In this document: positions 18,323-27,200 of the stretch, piece after piece
Numbering within the stretch: the first letter of the stretch is position 1
Layout: every line of letters begins with the position of its first letter
Assembly (NCBI GenBank): GCA_000092065.1
Contig: CP000584.1
Length of the DNA stretch: 64,000 nucleotides
Reading direction: 5' to 3' (one strand)
Source: Ostreococcus lucimarinus
Taxonomy: Eukaryota
The notes under the pieces: generated by a model
The model's database searches: none
Told to the model about the DNA's origin: nothing
Seen by the model: the letters and a program-made list of their open reading frames with translations, nothing else
Made by a program: the position numbers and the translations under genes

Positions 18323-19789
18323 TCAGTCCTGTCGTTGATGCGATCCAAGCGGCCAGTCGAGAAGCGCCATGCGCGCGCGAAATCCTCGTTCGTACGATCC
18401 CATGATAGTTTCTCGAGTTCCGCCCTCATTCGTGCCCCCAAGCGTGGCCTCTCCACGCTGGGCTTTCTGTGCTTCGACTGGATACTTGAGCTTGGCGTCG
18501 CAAAAGTCAAAAGTACCATCTTTGGGCGTGTGCCAGCAGTCGCACACGACGCTGTTGTCCGTGATGCCATACCCGCCTTCCCAAGCCGTGGGAACGAATC
18601 CTTCGTACGATTTGCTGTGCTTGCAGCCGAGTTGGTTGAACTTACTCGTATCATCCATCATACTCACGATGCGCGAATCGACTTCGCGAACGTCTTCGTC
18701 ATCCTCGACGTCGTACCAATCAGGCACGTAACCGCCGAGAGCCCCTTTCGGCACCTTGAGATTGCCCGCAATGTAGCAGTTCAAGTTGAGGCACACCTTG
18801 GGATCATCGCAACGTGTGATGCAATGTCTCGATAGCCAAGCGTCAATCATGTCCGCAAATTCAGCTTCTTTGATGAACTTCATGATCTTCTTCGCGCCTT
18901 TACGTGACATCATGTAAGAAGGCGTCCCAGCCCAGTTGCACGCCTTGTCGAACTTGTAGAGATAGACGTCGTTTCCGTTGATCAACCTCGAGTCCATCGT
19001 CGGATCCCACAAGCCTTTCGCCGCGGATTTGAAGCGCTTGATGAGCTGACCGTTTGAATGGTCGTCCGGTTTCAACCACACGATGTCGAAATCGTCCGGT
19101 ACGTGCTCACGGAGCTTGGGATAATCGAGCGGATGCACCGCATTCAAGGTGGCGCCGTCAGACTCCCACAGCACAAACGTGTCGTCGTCCGAGTCGATGA
19201 CGCGGTTCCAGACCGCCATGTGGGTGAGCAGACAACCGGTGTGATGACTCAACTGCGAGCCGCACGCACGTCCGCAGTCGTCGGGGTTATCGAACGCCGC
19301 GCCGCCGACGAAAGCAATCTTTTCCAGGGAGTCTGGATCGATTCTCGACGTCGCGGCGACGGCCACTTCGTGCGTCTCCGGCCAGCGAGACGGGAACGTC
19401 GCTTGCTGGAAGTTGATGACGCGTCCTATTTCGTGTTCGCTCATCCCCGATTGGGTCTTCAACAGTCCACTCAACCACGCGTACGCCTTCGCGATTTTCG
19501 TCGCGTCCTCCGAGCCCTTCTTGCCGTCGCCCATGATGTAAATCGGGAGCGTCAACTTTGGCGCGCTCCCCAGCGACGGCAACGCCGTCGCGCGCGAGTT
19601 CACGCTCGCTCCTAAACAAATCAACGCCAAGCCGAACAGCGCGCCCACGAGCGCCTTACGCGCGCCCGCGTTCGAGCTCGCGACCGCCCCGTCGGCGTCA
19701 ACACCGTGCTCGACGTCTTCGCGCGCGAGCAAGCTCGCGCGCTCGCCCGCGCGCGTCGTCACGCGCGCGCCGTCGTCTTCGCGCGTCAT
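18323..19789 (-). CDS. Type II membrane glycosyltransferase, GT25-like (LOS/collagen galactosyltransferase family), with a Cys-rich C-terminal region
   Basis: ATG verified at 19787-19789 (MTREDDG). A single TM (LVGALFGLALICLGASV) follows a disordered N-terminus. GCLLTHMAVWNRV....DDTFVLWESD resembles the GT25 motif GC.LSH...W......ILEDD. The ORF listed from 20323 adds a low-complexity extension that is probably not coding. Confidence 0.4.
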   Translation of the reverse strand: MTREDDGARVTTRAGERASLLAREDVEHGVDADGAVASSNAGARKALVGALFGLALICLGASVNSRATALPSLGSAPKLTLPIYIMGDGKKGSEDATKIAKAYAWLSGLLKTQSGMSEHEIGRVINFQQATFPSRWPETHEVAVAATSRIDPDSLEKIAFVGGAAFDNPDDCGRACGSQLSHHTGCLLTHMAVWNRVIDSDDDTFVLWESDGATLNAVHPLDYPKLREHVPDDFDIVWLKPDDHSNGQLIKRFKSAAKGLWDPTMDSRLINGNDVYLYKFDKACNWAGTPSYMMSRKGAKKIMKFIKEAEFADMIDAWLSRHCITRCDDPKVCLNLNCYIAGNLKVPKGALGGYVPDWYDVEDDEDVREVDSRIVSMMDDTSKFNQLGCKHSKSYEGFVPTAWEGGYGITDNSVVCDCWHTPKDGTFDFCDAKLKYPVEAQKAQRGEATLGGTNEGGTRETIMGSYERGFRARMALLDWPLGSHQRQD

Positions 19790-20003
19790 CGCGCGGTGCG
19801 TTTCGCTTCGTATCCGTCGACGCGCTCGACGATCACGGGTCGTCGGACCGCGCCGCGAGGTGCCGACAGATCGTCTCGTCGACGCGAGGGTGTTGAGCTC
19901 GGTCGGTCCCGCGACCGGCGCGCGCGCGCGAGTGCGCGACGCGACGCGTCGCGTGGGATCGACGACGGCGACGGCGACGGCGACGGCGAACGAGGACGCG
20001 ACG

Positions 20004-20852
20004 ATGGCGTCTTTGAGCTCGAGGACGCCCGCCGCGCGCGGCGCGATCGCGCGCGGCGTCGCGCGCGCGCGCGACCGCGCGGGGCGTTCGACGTCTCGCG
20101 CGCGCGGCGCCTTCGCGAACGGTGACGGCGCGCCGGACGAACTGCTGCGACCGGTGTCGGACGCGGCGTTGGATGGGACGATGACGGTCGACGTCACGTT
20201 GCTCGCGCCCGTCGCGGCGCTGGGCGTCGGGTACGGGGCGATTCGAGCGGCGCTGTACAGCAAACTGCAGTTCGCCGTCGCGGAGCAGTTGGCGTCGCGC
20301 GTGCCGGCGGAGGCGGTGGTCATCGAGCTCGGCGTGGATACTAAGAATTTGTACTATTATCCAAAGTCCACGAAATTGGTCGTGTGCGTGGCGCCGGATG
20401 TTAACACAGAACTGGTGAATCGAATAGCCATCGAGACGTCGACGCCTGTGCTGCCGCGGTCGGCGCCCATCGCCGGCAGCGGCGAGGGGGATTTGTTTTG
20501 GGGTCAGGCGCGTGAAAGTGCGGACGCAGTGGTCACCACTGGATGTTTAGCGAAGATGACGACGGAGTCAGTGCGTACCGTCGCGCGCAAGGCGGCGCAA
20601 GTGTTACGCCCGGGAGGTCGGTTCTTGTTCGTCGAACCGGCCAACGGCGAACGAGGGCAGTCGCTTTTCGACGCCATCGAAGCCACGAATGCGTTTGAGA
20701 CGCCGATTGCTTTCGATGAGAGCTGGGCTACGCTACCTTTATTCCCGCACGCCATCGGCGTGGCGATTAAGAAGGATCGTACGTCGGCGGCGGATGCGAA
20801 GGGCGAAGGGAAGAAGATTTCAAACTTGCGCTCGCGGCGGAGGAATACTTAG
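20004..20852 (+). CDS. Methyltransferase-like (class I SAM MTase fold) protein with a degenerate motif I; transit-peptide-like N-terminus
   Basis: ATG at 20004 (MASLSSRTP). VVIELGVDTKNLYYYP...LVVCVAPDV...LRPGGRFLFVEP resembles the Methyltransf_11 layout, but the GxGxG motif is degenerate. Confidence 0.35.
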   Translation: MASLSSRTPAARGAIARGVARARDRAGRSTSRARGAFANGDGAPDELLRPVSDAALDGTMTVDVTLLAPVAALGVGYGAIRAALYSKLQFAVAEQLASRVPAEAVVIELGVDTKNLYYYPKSTKLVVCVAPDVNTELVNRIAIETSTPVLPRSAPIAGSGEGDLFWGQARESADAVVTTGCLAKMTTESVRTVARKAAQVLRPGGRFLFVEPANGERGQSLFDAIEATNAFETPIAFDESWATLPLFPHAIGVAIKKDRTSAADAKGEGKKISNLRSRRRNT

Positions 20853-20938
20853 TGGCGCACATCGGCATAATATGGCGCCGATGTGGAGTAGATTAGTCAT
20901 ACATCATACATTTCATTGATAATACGCAATGTGAAGAA

Positions 20939-23323
20939 TTAAGATCGTCTCGTGCGGCGGCTCGATCGCGTCGGAGGCGCCTCCGTAGTATCGGCGGCTT
21001 TGCGCTTCGGCGCGTCTGTCGCGGTATCCTTTGCCGGATCCGGGCAGGACGCACACGTCCACGGACCTTTCGGCGTTCGCGTGAGTTTAGGCTTCAAACA
21101 CTTGAGGTGGAACATAACTGCGCACGCGTCGCACGTCAAAGTTTTGCACTTGTCGACGACGGAGCAAACAGAGCAGCAGGCTGTCGCCGACTTCTTTTCC
21201 TCCTCCATCGTGGGCTTGCATAACTCGACCTTTTGAGCGGTCTTTTGCGGTGTTGGCTCGTTGATGTTGATGTTCAGCACCACTTTGGGTGTTTTTGGCG
21301 TCGCTTCCTTCACGTTAATTTGCATCGCAACCCTGGGCGTCTTTTGAGGTTGCGGCGTTGCCTCCTTCACGTTAATTTGCATCGCAACCTTGGGCGTCTT
21401 CGCCTCCTCTGGATTATGCTGCACGCACACATCTTCTCTCGTGTTCATGAGTTCCAGGTACATCTCTTTCAAAGCCGCGCTACGTTTACGCTCTTTGAGC
21501 AGCGCCCGACGGCTGAGCGCCAGTGCACGATGCAGTTGCTGCATGCGCATGCTCAAGCCGTTCGCCGTACTCTTGCCTTCGCGACGTTTGCGCTTTTTGC
21601 ATTTGACGATGACAGACTTGGCTGGAGATGGCATCGCACGAGACGTAATTGATGGCACTTCCACTTCGTCGTCACCTTCGTCGTCGTCCGGAACGTCGGC
21701 TAACATCAGGTCTGTACGCAACCATTCATCCACTCGCTTTGTCGTGCTCGGCGGCGTCGGCAACAGCGCGAGTGCACCGTCAAGTTCACCCGCAACGTTC
21801 ACGTCTTCTTCTGCCGCAGCTTCGAGCGCTTCGACAGCGCGAATGATGGCATCACATCTGGCATCATCTTGTTCGAAAAATCCACGCAGAGCTTGTGGCA
21901 TCGAGCCCGGAGTGTTGCGGAACAAATTGAACCCGTCCAAGTTGAATTCGACGCCTGGAGATTGCGCGACGTTCGCAACTGGTGTGTTGTGGGGAGCCGG
22001 AGGGCGCTTGAACTCAGAGCTTGGCGTGGCGACAAAGTCCATGCGATCCATCAAGTTGCTTGATTGATCGAGTGGCGTGATCGCGGCGACACTCGCCGTC
22101 TGATCGACGTCTTCGTCAAAGTCAGATCCGCCGATGGTGCCCATCGGTGTGAACTCCATACCGGGCGAAGCTGTGTATTTTTGACGCGGCGTGTCATTAC
22201 GCTGCATTTGACTACCACTTCGCGTAAAGCTCGCTTCAGGGGTTTCGTTTTCTTCACCATCTTCAACCGCTTTGAAGGAAATGCTCGAACGTCGTTTCTT
22301 CGCCGGCGACTGGTTTGATTCCGGAGCCGGCAACGCGAGCAGCACCTCCGGAGCTGGCAAGCGTTTGGTCGCGCTTTCCGGCGACTTTGACGGAGTACGT
22401 CGCTGTCGAGGCGACCGAGGGGCATTCAGAGCCAACGGAGCGATTCTGCCACACAGCTCAACCCTGCCGTTGTGCGGAGCGATCCATTTTATCGCTTCGA
22501 GCTCCTCCGCGCCGGCGAAAGAAATCGAACGTCTTCGAATCGTGCTCGGACGAACAGCGAGTCGATTTTCTGGTGCCTTTAGCGCACTTTTTGCCGGCGA
22601 CTTCGGAGTCATCGCGACGTTCTCTCCGGGCGTTCCACAGAGTTCATCATCGAAATCGCGTCCCATGAGCGTGGTGTCAATCGGCTTTGGCGTCGACGCC
22701 TTTGCGGGCGACTTCTTCGTTGACGCGTCGCCCTTGGTCTCCGACATCTTCAGCGCGGAAACTTGCTTCAAAATATCTCGCGAAGGCATCGGTGTTCCGG
22801 TGAGTTTGCCTAAATTCATAGATCGTCGCGGCGTAGACCTGCGCTGCGTTGGCGGCGCTTCGTTTTCGTCGCTTCCCCCTGGAGACGCCGGACTTTTCAT
22901 CGACGCGTTCGACGACCCCTTGATCGGCGACACGCTCATCGGGGTGTTCCCACCGTTTTCTCTCAACGGCGATCGCGCGATCGAATCCGCGAGCTGTTCG
23001 AAAATAAACGTCGCCTCTTCCTCGCTCGACAACTGTATTCCGACGACGTCTCCGTGTCGCAGCGTCACCGCCGTCTCCACGTCCAAAATCGTATCGTTCA
23101 ACGACACCGGATTCAGTTTGCTCATATTCTTCAGCACCATCTTGCCGTCCACGACTTGAAACACAGCGTGTCGTCGGCTCACCGCGGCCTCGACGAATCG
23201 CACGTCCACGCCGTGTTGACGACCGATGACGAATGGCGCGTCGCGAAGAATCCCATGCGTCGCCAGTGGCGTCGCGTCGTCGTCGGCGCCGGCGACGCGC
23301 TTTAACTGCGCGACGATGGACAT
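20939..23323 (-). CDS. Nuclear protein with an N-terminal FHA domain and a C-terminal PHD finger. The central region is disordered, S/P/K-rich and contains 19-aa tandem repeats.
   Basis: ATG verified at 23321-23323 (MSIVAQLKR). FHA motifs: FVIGRQHGVDVRF..VSRRHAVF...NPVSLND...GDVVGI. PHD: CSVCSVVDKCKTLTCDACAVMFHLKCL.....WTCASC. Repeat: KTPRVAMQINVKEATPQPQ, about 2.5 copies. Confidence 0.55.
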   Translation of the reverse strand: MSIVAQLKRVAGADDDATPLATHGILRDAPFVIGRQHGVDVRFVEAAVSRRHAVFQVVDGKMVLKNMSKLNPVSLNDTILDVETAVTLRHGDVVGIQLSSEEEATFIFEQLADSIARSPLRENGGNTPMSVSPIKGSSNASMKSPASPGGSDENEAPPTQRRSTPRRSMNLGKLTGTPMPSRDILKQVSALKMSETKGDASTKKSPAKASTPKPIDTTLMGRDFDDELCGTPGENVAMTPKSPAKSALKAPENRLAVRPSTIRRRSISFAGAEELEAIKWIAPHNGRVELCGRIAPLALNAPRSPRQRRTPSKSPESATKRLPAPEVLLALPAPESNQSPAKKRRSSISFKAVEDGEENETPEASFTRSGSQMQRNDTPRQKYTASPGMEFTPMGTIGGSDFDEDVDQTASVAAITPLDQSSNLMDRMDFVATPSSEFKRPPAPHNTPVANVAQSPGVEFNLDGFNLFRNTPGSMPQALRGFFEQDDARCDAIIRAVEALEAAAEEDVNVAGELDGALALLPTPPSTTKRVDEWLRTDLMLADVPDDDEGDDEVEVPSITSRAMPSPAKSVIVKCKKRKRREGKSTANGLSMRMQQLHRALALSRRALLKERKRSAALKEMYLELMNTREDVCVQHNPEEAKTPKVAMQINVKEATPQPQKTPRVAMQINVKEATPKTPKVVLNININEPTPQKTAQKVELCKPTMEEEKKSATACCSVCSVVDKCKTLTCDACAVMFHLKCLKPKLTRTPKGPWTCASCPDPAKDTATDAPKRKAADTTEAPPTRSSRRTRRS
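21290..21420. repeat. 57-bp tandem repeat, about 2.3 copies, inside the FHA-PHD gene
   Basis: Seen: ccttcacgttaatttgcatcgcaacc(c/t)tgggcgtctt... recurs with a 57-bp period. Confidence 0.7.
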
Positions 23324-23534
23324 GTGGTATTCACAACGACTTCGTTCTTCGCTCGACGCTGAACGCGCGGTGAAACTGCGGACGCGCGACGGCGAATGAG
23401 GCGACGGCGCCACCGAGCGCCTCGTTCCCCCTTCGAAAAAGTCGATTCGTTTCGGTGAAAATAAAACAACAAACGAGCCACAGAGTCTATCTCGAAGCGA
23501 GCGCTAATTACCTAATTACAACAACTAAATGAAA

Positions 23535-24884
23535 CTAAGACCGACGGTTGCACAACCCACACGATTTTGCGCACGCCGCGGATTGGGAATCGCGCGCCGA
23601 GTCAGCGGTCGTCATGAACTCTGGGTTCAGCTCGCACCAACCTTGTGACGCCCACTTCGCGCACTCGTCCCAATCGTCGACACACGGCTCCTCGTCGGTG
23701 CGACGGCTTAGTTTGGGCATGGGGATCTCTTCCTGATAATTCCCATCGAATTTACCCACGCGAATCCACTTCACCGCGGTCCATTTTTGACCCTCGATCA
23801 CCGGACAGGCGCCGTGAAGCGAGCCTCGATCGAGCACGCCGTCTTGCGTCATCGAAAAGAATAAGATGGCGTCTCCACGAACGCTCTTGACCGGAATGCC
23901 CTTTTTGGCGCAATCTGTGTGCTCGATGTGCGACGCGAACGGATTCTCAGGCTCGTCCGCTTCGAAAGATTGCGGGAGCTTGGCGTTGGGGAATGTCGTC
24001 TCGCCGCCCTTGTCCGTGTCCACGAGATAGATCAGCATCGTCGCCAAGCGTTGACCTCCACGTTTCGGCGCCGGATTCACCTTGTCGTGAAAATAGTCAA
24101 AATGAGGATCGTACTTTTGCCCAACATCGTAACGTAAAATCTGCATGCCTTCGCCGTTGTCGACGGGCGTACCGCTCAAGCGCGCTATTCGCTCCTCGAT
24201 GGCTTTGACGATTTTATCTTGTCCTTTGCGTAGAAACATGCCCGCGCTCGTACGGATGTCCGAAGGCACCGAATCGCCTGCCTCACCGACCACTGTCGAT
24301 GGAGCTAATTCTCTCTTCGCCAGCTTCATCAAGTGATCGCACTCTTCCGCGCTGAGAAAGTTTCGCAACAAGTACGCCTTTGGCTGCGTAGCGCTCAACA
24401 CCAAAGGTGGAGTTTCCGGGAACCCTGGCAGGGCGTTCAACAGCGCCGCGCGTCCGTACAAGCTCAAAGGACGCGTGCCGTTCGCAGCGTCGAAACGAAT
24501 CGTGTTCGCGAGTGCTAGATCGTCCATCGGTCCTATCCTTCGCGCGCGCCCAGAGCGCACCGCGCTCGGTCTCGCGTTGACAAAGCCATCTTGGCGCACC
24601 AACAGCGCGCGCGTGACGTAAAGCGTGATCAACAAGCACGCGCCTAAGGCGTAATCGATGCCGCTTTGCTTCGCGAGCGCCAAACCGCGCTTTGATCGCC
24701 GTTTTGAACCTTTCCCATTCGCGTAATCTTCACCCTCGCCGAACGACGCGCGTCGCCGCGTCAGGGCGTCCCACAGCGCTGAAGTCTCGCGGAATCGCGC
24801 GCGAGACTTACTCGGCGTCCCCGCGAGCGAGGCCGTGGTCGTCGGCAGCATGACGCGCGCGCTGATCTCGCGGCTCGCTCGCAT
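23535..24884 (-). CDS. Prolyl 4-hydroxylase alpha-like 2OG-Fe(II) oxygenase with an N-terminal membrane anchor and a C-terminal ShK toxin-like domain
   Basis: ATG verified at 24882-24884. HFDYFHD...RLATMLIYLVDTDKGGETTFP matches the P4H H.D and R motifs. The C-terminal CVDDWDECAKWASQGWCELNP...CAKSCGLC is a six-Cys ShKT pattern common on plant and algal P4Hs. Confidence 0.7.
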   Translation of the reverse strand: MRASREISARVMLPTTTASLAGTPSKSRARFRETSALWDALTRRRASFGEGEDYANGKGSKRRSKRGLALAKQSGIDYALGACLLITLYVTRALLVRQDGFVNARPSAVRSGRARRIGPMDDLALANTIRFDAANGTRPLSLYGRAALLNALPGFPETPPLVLSATQPKAYLLRNFLSAEECDHLMKLAKRELAPSTVVGEAGDSVPSDIRTSAGMFLRKGQDKIVKAIEERIARLSGTPVDNGEGMQILRYDVGQKYDPHFDYFHDKVNPAPKRGGQRLATMLIYLVDTDKGGETTFPNAKLPQSFEADEPENPFASHIEHTDCAKKGIPVKSVRGDAILFFSMTQDGVLDRGSLHGACPVIEGQKWTAVKWIRVGKFDGNYQEEIPMPKLSRRTDEEPCVDDWDECAKWASQGWCELNPEFMTTADSARDSQSAACAKSCGLCNRRS

Positions 24885-24963
24885 TTTAGTTTCAAGGCGC
24901 CGAGCGCGTTTAGTTCGGTCTACGAAATGTGTCGCGCATTACAAGGTTCGGGTCGGCGCCGCG

Positions 24964-25428
24964 CTAGCCTTCGATTTCGTCCTCACCGACGTCGATGGTA
25001 TCTCCGTCGATCTCGACGTCTTCGCCCACGTCTTTCTCGCCTTGCGCCTGCTCCCGCTGCCACTTGTCGTGTGCGTCGACTTCCTGTTCGATTCTGCGCC
25101 ACGCGAGCTCTTCGGGCTTCTCCCACGTCGTCTCCTGCGTCTCCTTGTGAATGTAATACACCCGTCCCGCGCTCGCGTCGTCCTCGCTCACCACCGCGTG
25201 CCACGCGCTGTGTTTCGGGCTGTCGTACGTCGATTCCCCGGTGTCGGCATCGACCCAATACGGTCGACCGGTGTCATCCAGGTGCGTCGCCAAACTTTCC
25301 GGGTCGTCCCAGCGGGACTCGCGCGTGACGTCGTTGTAGTAAAAGACGTGCGTGTCCACGGCGCGCGCGATGGCGGCGGCGGCGAGCGCGACGCACGCGC
25401 AAAGAGCGAGACGGACTCGGGACACCAT
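24964..25428 (-). CDS. Small protein with an N-terminal hydrophobic signal or anchor, followed by three WW-like domains and an acidic tail
   Basis: ATG verified at 25426-25428 (MVSRVRLALCACVALAAAAIARA). WW-like units: HVFYYNDVTRESRWDDP, GRPYWVDADTGESTYDSP, GRVYYIHKETQETTWEKP. Confidence 0.4.
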   Translation of the reverse strand: MVSRVRLALCACVALAAAAIARAVDTHVFYYNDVTRESRWDDPESLATHLDDTGRPYWVDADTGESTYDSPKHSAWHAVVSEDDASAGRVYYIHKETQETTWEKPEELAWRRIEQEVDAHDKWQREQAQGEKDVGEDVEIDGDTIDVGEDEIEG

Positions 25429-25534
25429 GACGCCGCGATGTGCGGTTTCAGCATTAGTGTTCAGGCGACAGGCGAGGGAACGGAAATTACACTGTAGAAA
25501 TACAATCAATCGTTTGCCGCGATGCGGACGTTAG

Positions 25535-26947
25535 TTAGAGAAACTCCCAATCGTGAAATTCGTCGTCTTTGAGCGCGCGACCGCGCGCGGTGGACGGGGA
25601 AGACGCGCGAGCGTCGAACGCCTTCGCCTCGGTCGCCGAGCGAACGTCGAGGACTGGCGCCGTGGCGTTCGCTTCCGCGAGCGCTTTGACGCTCGCGAAG
25701 AGGGAGTCTAAATCATCGCCATCGCGGCAATAAAACCCGAGCGCGAGCGTTGGGTCGAGCAGCTCGCCGCGCATCTGCAACGGGGTCGAGCAATAGTAAG
25801 AATCGAAATCTACGGCTTCGGCGAACGAATTCGCCGGCTGCACTGTGTGAGGATCGAGGTAAAAGAAGACGTCGTCCGAGTGTCCAACCAAGTACAGCGA
25901 CGCGTTTGGACGACCACCAATGACACCTATGGACTGTTTGAAGGCGATTATCGATCGAAGCTGCGAAATATAGCGAGTGTTGATGTTTCTTCCCACGCCG
26001 AGAACGAGCGGGACGAAAAGCAGCAACGCCTTGCCGACGTCCGCACTCTTCGCTCGCAACTCGCCATCATCGATCGTCGGCACACCACCGGCGCTGTCAT
26101 CTTCGTTTTGGCCGCCCACGACGTGCACGGCAATTTGATTACGAAGATCGCCGTTCGCCTCGATCAACGCCGAGAACGCGCGACACATCACACTCGGCTC
26201 AAACCATCGTCCCGGCGGCGCGCCCCACGCCGTGGTCGTTTCACATACGCTATGAATAGAAAACGGCGCGCTCGCGTCGTCGATAAACATGCTCAGAACA
26301 TCTTCCTGCGCGTCACATCCCGCGTTCGTGCGCTGAATTTCGGGTATTCGTAATCTTCGCACCACGCCACCCAGAAACGATGTCGGAGATTCGTCGCTCG
26401 AGTCAAGCTCGTCGCCAGCGCCCTCACGATCGACACTTTCATCGTCTTCTTTTGCCTTCACCTGTCGACGCCAGTGTCTTCCTCTTGTATGTATGCTCAA
26501 CGCATTTGCTACCATCATCTGCGCGCTTCTGAGCGTGCATCCCCACCCCGCGTCCGTCCTCCACTTCGTTCTTCCCAACGCTTCGAACCCGCGTCGATAC
26601 GTCATCCAACATCTCGACCCCCAATCGCGTTCCCACGCCCTTCTCGCGTCGTCATACTTCTCAGCATTACATTCGTCGTCTTTGCTCCAGTACGTCACGC
26701 CGAGCATCACTAACTCGGCGAGTCGAGGCAAATCGTCCGCGCTCGTCCCGCTCACCAACTGACGAAGCGCGCGCACTCTCGGGTGATGGGCCAAAGAGGC
26801 CCGTCCGACGCGCACGATTCGCCCGAACGTCTCTGCGAGAGGTTCGCGATGACTATCACTCGAGTCATCGTCTGCGGCATCGCGCCTGTCATCGCGCGTG
26901 CGCTTACCATCGCTCGTCGACGTCTCACCATCGTCTCGACGTCGCAT
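25535..26947 (-). CDS. ATG4: Autophagy cysteine protease ATG4 (peptidase C54)
   Basis: ATG verified at 26945-26947. Catalytic-Cys context DAGWGCTLRSAQMMVANAL. His context FFYLDPHTVQ. An Asp (DDGEL) lies upstream. Length and layout are typical. Confidence 0.75.
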   Translation of the reverse strand: MRRRDDGETSTSDGKRTRDDRRDAADDDSSDSHREPLAETFGRIVRVGRASLAHHPRVRALRQLVSGTSADDLPRLAELVMLGVTYWSKDDECNAEKYDDARRAWERDWGSRCWMTYRRGFEALGRTKWRTDAGWGCTLRSAQMMVANALSIHTRGRHWRRQVKAKEDDESVDREGAGDELDSSDESPTSFLGGVVRRLRIPEIQRTNAGCDAQEDVLSMFIDDASAPFSIHSVCETTTAWGAPPGRWFEPSVMCRAFSALIEANGDLRNQIAVHVVGGQNEDDSAGGVPTIDDGELRAKSADVGKALLLFVPLVLGVGRNINTRYISQLRSIIAFKQSIGVIGGRPNASLYLVGHSDDVFFYLDPHTVQPANSFAEAVDFDSYYCSTPLQMRGELLDPTLALGFYCRDGDDLDSLFASVKALAEANATAPVLDVRSATEAKAFDARASSPSTARGRALKDDEFHDWEFL

Positions 26948-26957
26948 CGTTCACGAC

Positions 26958-27023
26958 GACGACGAGCGACGAGCGACGAGCGACGAGCGACGAGCGACGA
27001 GCGACGAGCGACGAGCGACGAGC
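26958..27023. repeat. Heptanucleotide microsatellite (GAGCGAC)n, about 9 copies, in the ATG4 5' flank
   Basis: Seen directly. Confidence 0.8.
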
Positions 27024-27200
27024 CACAAGTTTGAATGAAACGCTTGCGCGTCGACGCCGGTGACGAATCAAAGCGCCGTCGAGCGCCGTCGAGTGACATC
27101 GGGATTGGTGGCGACGCGCGCCACGCGTCCAACGCTAGATGAAACTAACTTTCAACGCTAAAACTAAAGGCCTAGGACTCATCGCGAAGCCTACTTAAAC

